Shown here: in pieces, positions 60,535-64,000 of the stretch | Position numbering within the stretch: the first letter of the stretch is position 1 | Layout: every line of letters starts with the position of its first letter | Source: Eledone cirrhosa | Lineage: Eukaryota | DNA: 64,000 bases | Assembly (NCBI GenBank): GCA_964016885.1 | Contig: OZ024742.1 | Span: 160,890,001 to 160,954,000, forward strand | Direction: 5' to 3' | Translations under genes and position numbers: made by a program | The notes under the pieces: model-generated | The model's input: only the letters and a program-made list of their open reading frames with translations | What the model was told of the DNA's origin: nothing | Databases searched by the model: none

Positions 60535-60697
60535 ATCGACAGTCAATCGATTTTCGTCAAATCGGACCAAGGAAACACTGTTTCCATTGGTCTTTCCAAT
60601 CGCTAAAACTATCTATCGGACACAACTCGAGGTTGAAGAAGCAACGTGAAATAAAGTGCTTTGCATCGTCTTGTCCGGGAATGAAACTCACAACCTC

Positions 60698-60698
<1 letters not shown>
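60535..60698 (-). mobile_element. SINE fragment
   Basis: GCAACGTGAAATAAAGTGCTTTGC...GGGAATGAAACTCACAACCTC. Confidence 0.7.
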
Positions 60699-60785
<87 letters not shown>

Positions 60786-61268
60786 AGAAAGTAAATCCAT
60801 AGAATCATTTGATAAAATATGTACAGTATTTCTCCTCCCAATCAGCATAATTAACCACACAAAACAAATCAATTAAACAAGGCTATAAGTTTTAAATGTA
60901 CCTATGAAGAATCAATAGATAAATAAATGATAGCTATTTTATCCGCCATCAACAGCCACAGAAGATTTACCTAGTATTTCTAATAGCCCGTAGAAATTGA
61001 TTAGACATATAGCCAACCATACACAATTAGGTACAAAATCAAAGTTAGAAGAAAAAATGTACATAAACATACCAACATTATGTTTCTACCCCATGATGTT
61101 TCATTGGCTTTTTCGAAATATCTGATCATGGATAAATTCACGAGTTTCGAAATCCTCAGGAAACAAACTCAATTGGACAAAGATTTTTCTTAAATGATCG
61201 CCGCCATATATATATATATATATACACACATACACACACACGCACACACGCACACACGCACACACGCA

Positions 61269-61338
<70 letters not shown>

Positions 61339-61362
<24 letters not shown>

Positions 61363-62040
61363 GAAGTTATATTTAATTTGTTGGGATACAACAAGCAAAT
61401 ATTTTTATAACTGATATAAAGCACTCAACAAATTTGTGGAGTAAAAATACAAATGGAGTAAAAATACAAATGGAAACTATATTTATAAAACCATATTTAT
61501 TTCATTATACATATTTCAAGGACACCAAAGCAAATTATGGTGCGCTTTCATCAGATAAAATATAATATAGATCAGTTTTATAAACAAATATTGACATACC
61601 CTTAAAGAATGCAACCATGTCGGTTGTAAGCTCCCGGATAGTGGGGTTACTAATTTTAATATTGGTCTATTATGCAAATTAGTGTTGGAAAGGTTTAAAT
61701 CCCATACATTTAAATTAAGCCGTTGGAATAGGGAAAAAAGAAAAGGAAAAAGAAAGAACGAAAGAAAAACAAAAGAAAAGAAAGAGAAAGAGAGAAAACC
61801 CTAAGTGAGAGACACTAATTTGCATAATAGACCAATAATAAAATTAGTAACCCCCACTATCCGGGAGCTTACAACCGACATGGTTGCATTCTTTAAGGGT
61901 ATGTCAATATTTGTTTATAAAACTTATCTATATTATATTTTATCTGATGAAAGCGCACCATAGTTTGCTTTGGTGTCCTTGAAATATGTATAATGAAATA
62001 AATATGGTTTTATAAATATAGTTTCCATTTGTTAATATAT
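61339..62040 (-). mobile_element. Family A HHR module, longest copy, with ~220-bp inverted arm
   Basis: 61465-61685 is inverted at 61812-62031. HHRs at 61498-61562 (-) and 61936-62000 (+): CTGATGA-AAGCGCACCA...TGGTGTCCTT-GAAA-TATG-TA. Confidence 0.8.
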
Positions 62041-62386
62041 TGTATATATATATATTTATTTATTTAGGTTTGAAGGTTCACCACTGGATAGAGCTGGTCA
62101 ATTCCGTATGGTCAATTTTGATGTAATAATATGGAGAGTACTCAACGTAAAGCAGCTCAACCGGCTTCGTTGAGGGCGACCGGGTAAAGTGGAAGATGCT
62201 AGATGGTCGGTCGTCCTCGGGTCTATGATTTTCAGCCCCATGGATTTTATCTGTTACATTCATTTATTATATTTCGAATACCTGATGATATCACCGGATT
62301 CATACGGAACCCGGACATTGAAATGATCATAGTATAATAAACCTTTCAAGGATTTACACAAGTCCAGCCTCCTGTTATTTTATTAT

Positions 62387-62445
<59 letters not shown>

Positions 62446-62536
62446 CGCTTGAAGATAGGTCACAATTTTGATCCCTCTCATATTCTGTAGATATGGTCAA
62501 TATCGAGCCTTGAAACATTAGGTAGCCCTTTTATCC

Positions 62537-62623
<87 letters not shown>

Positions 62624-62664
62624 ACTTAAATATATATAGATATAAATATATACATACATAGATA

Positions 62665-63600
62665 TATGGGAAACCTAACAACAGAAATATTCAATACATT
62701 GAAAAATCAAACATCAGGAAGGTGCCAGGACATGACAAGGTGTAAAATGTCTGGTTAAAACATTTGACAGAAACACACGGGATGCTTGCAGGTAAGTTAA
62801 TGAGTTACTGGTGGAGTCGGAACTAACACCTGACTGGACCACCAAAGATAAAAACCATCTTGATCCCCAAAGATACAGCTCCTCTCCACTAAAAAATTAC
62901 AGGCTTTCTTATAACCTATAAAACATTGACTGCAATAATATCGCAGTTATTGTTCAAACATCCGAAAGCAACAACAACCTGTTTCCTGAAGAGCAGAGAG
63001 GATGGAATGCCTCATATGGTAGTAAGATCAGTTACTGATTAACAAAGAAGAGGACACGAAGACAAGCAAATACCGTAGCTTGTCCGCCTGCTTCCTCTTT
63101 GCATCAGTCGTCGTCGAGACTTCAGGCGTCCTCGGACCCGGACAGTTGACCTCTGTAAAAGCTGATCGATAGCGGCCCGTCTGAGGAAGGAGCCTCGCGA
63201 GGTGGGGTAGCTGTTGCAACGTGTGACACTGGCCATTGTCCACGGAAATGCCTTTGCCATTTTGTCCGCGGGGCGCAGCCGAAACACCGCTCTGGCCTAG
63301 GTGTAGTGTATGTCACCCTCTCCTCTTCCCCCTTTCTTTTTTCGTTTGTCTACTAGTCCTTGCTCTTCCCATCCTTTTCCTCTCATTTATGGTATTTACA
63401 GTCTTTTCCAATACTTCTCTCTTTTTCTGCATGTTTATATAACTCTACTACGAAATAAAATTTGTTCTTAATGAAATTTTAAAAGAATTAACAAAGCCAT
63501 AACCGAAGACTGTACAAAGAGAAAAATGGGTCTCAGTACGACATGGATTGATTGCCAGAAAGCTTTCGACATTATTCTCCACATGTGTACCCTGGACACA
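62665..63600 (+). mobile_element. Decayed R4/Dong-like non-LTR RT fragment, interrupted at 63048-63486
   Basis: KVPGHDKV*NVWLKHL...TPDW...TILIPK...KNYR...YKTLTAII...FPEEQRG...DQLLINK | AITEDCTKRKMGLSTTWIDCQKAFD. Confidence 0.75.
63048..63486 (+). mobile_element. 5'-truncated CRE-like non-LTR element (RLE C-terminus plus 3'UTR) with 10-bp TSD
   Basis: EDTKTSKYRSL...FASVVVETSGVLGP...KEPRE...LLQRVTLAIVHGNAFAIL. TSD ATTAACAAAG at 63038-63047 and 63487-63496. Confidence 0.75.
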
Positions 63601-64000
63601 TGATTAAGGCAACAGCAAGACTAAAAAGAAAAACGCATTATCCTTCTTCTTCTTCTACCTTTTGCTCCCTATGGAGCATCGGGTGAGTTTTCATTGTTTC
63701 TGTAGCAATTTTGATTAATGGAGTTAAGGTGTCTAGCCTCATGCTCCTTCTTTCCTATCTTCTCAATTTAAATGTTTGTCTATGATGATATGAAGCTATG
63801 AGAAAACGAAAGCAAAGATAACTTATCTTATAGCTTGTTTCCCAGTTATATACATTCAAATATCAACGTCATAGCAAGGTCTCAAATGAGGCTTTGTTAA
63901 TAAGATCGTCAGTTTTAGAACTATTAAACTCCTCTTTTTTCTTTTCCATATAAAGCGTGAAACTAATAAGACCTTTTGTACCTCTGTTTTGCTGTTTCCT

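Noticed and set aside
62150-62230. Possible hammerhead (minus strand CCGAGGA-CGACCG...CGGTCG)
   Set aside because: GAAA does not follow the stem, so the core geometry fails.

Overview
Eukaryotic, AT-rich, repeat-dominated genomic DNA, most likely octopus (inferred from the tRNA-derived SINE families and the extreme (TA)n/(CA)n/(GA)n load). Almost all long ORFs in the track are microsatellite artefacts. The only host gene feature I can support is the first coding exon of a vestigial/VGLL-like gene (51592-51738, minus strand, MSCVDVMY..., ending at a GTAAGA donor), so most of the window is probably its long first intron. The rest is decayed mobile DNA: L1/Tx1-, RTE-, R4/Dong- and CRE-like LINE fragments, a mariner fragment, Helitron-like elements, many SINEs, a 36-bp minisatellite, and two Penelope-like (PLE) GIY-YIG elements with inverted terminal duplications. 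The most striking signal is about 20 hammerhead-ribozyme (HHR) motifs from roughly ten different sequence families. They lie in the two PLE tails and in short non-coding modules embedded in (TA)n tracts, and many modules carry fold-back inversions with copy-specific breakpoints. This suggests a microsatellite-targeting population of PLE-derived or PLE-mobilised ribozyme elements. All structures were read by eye; none were computed or tested.
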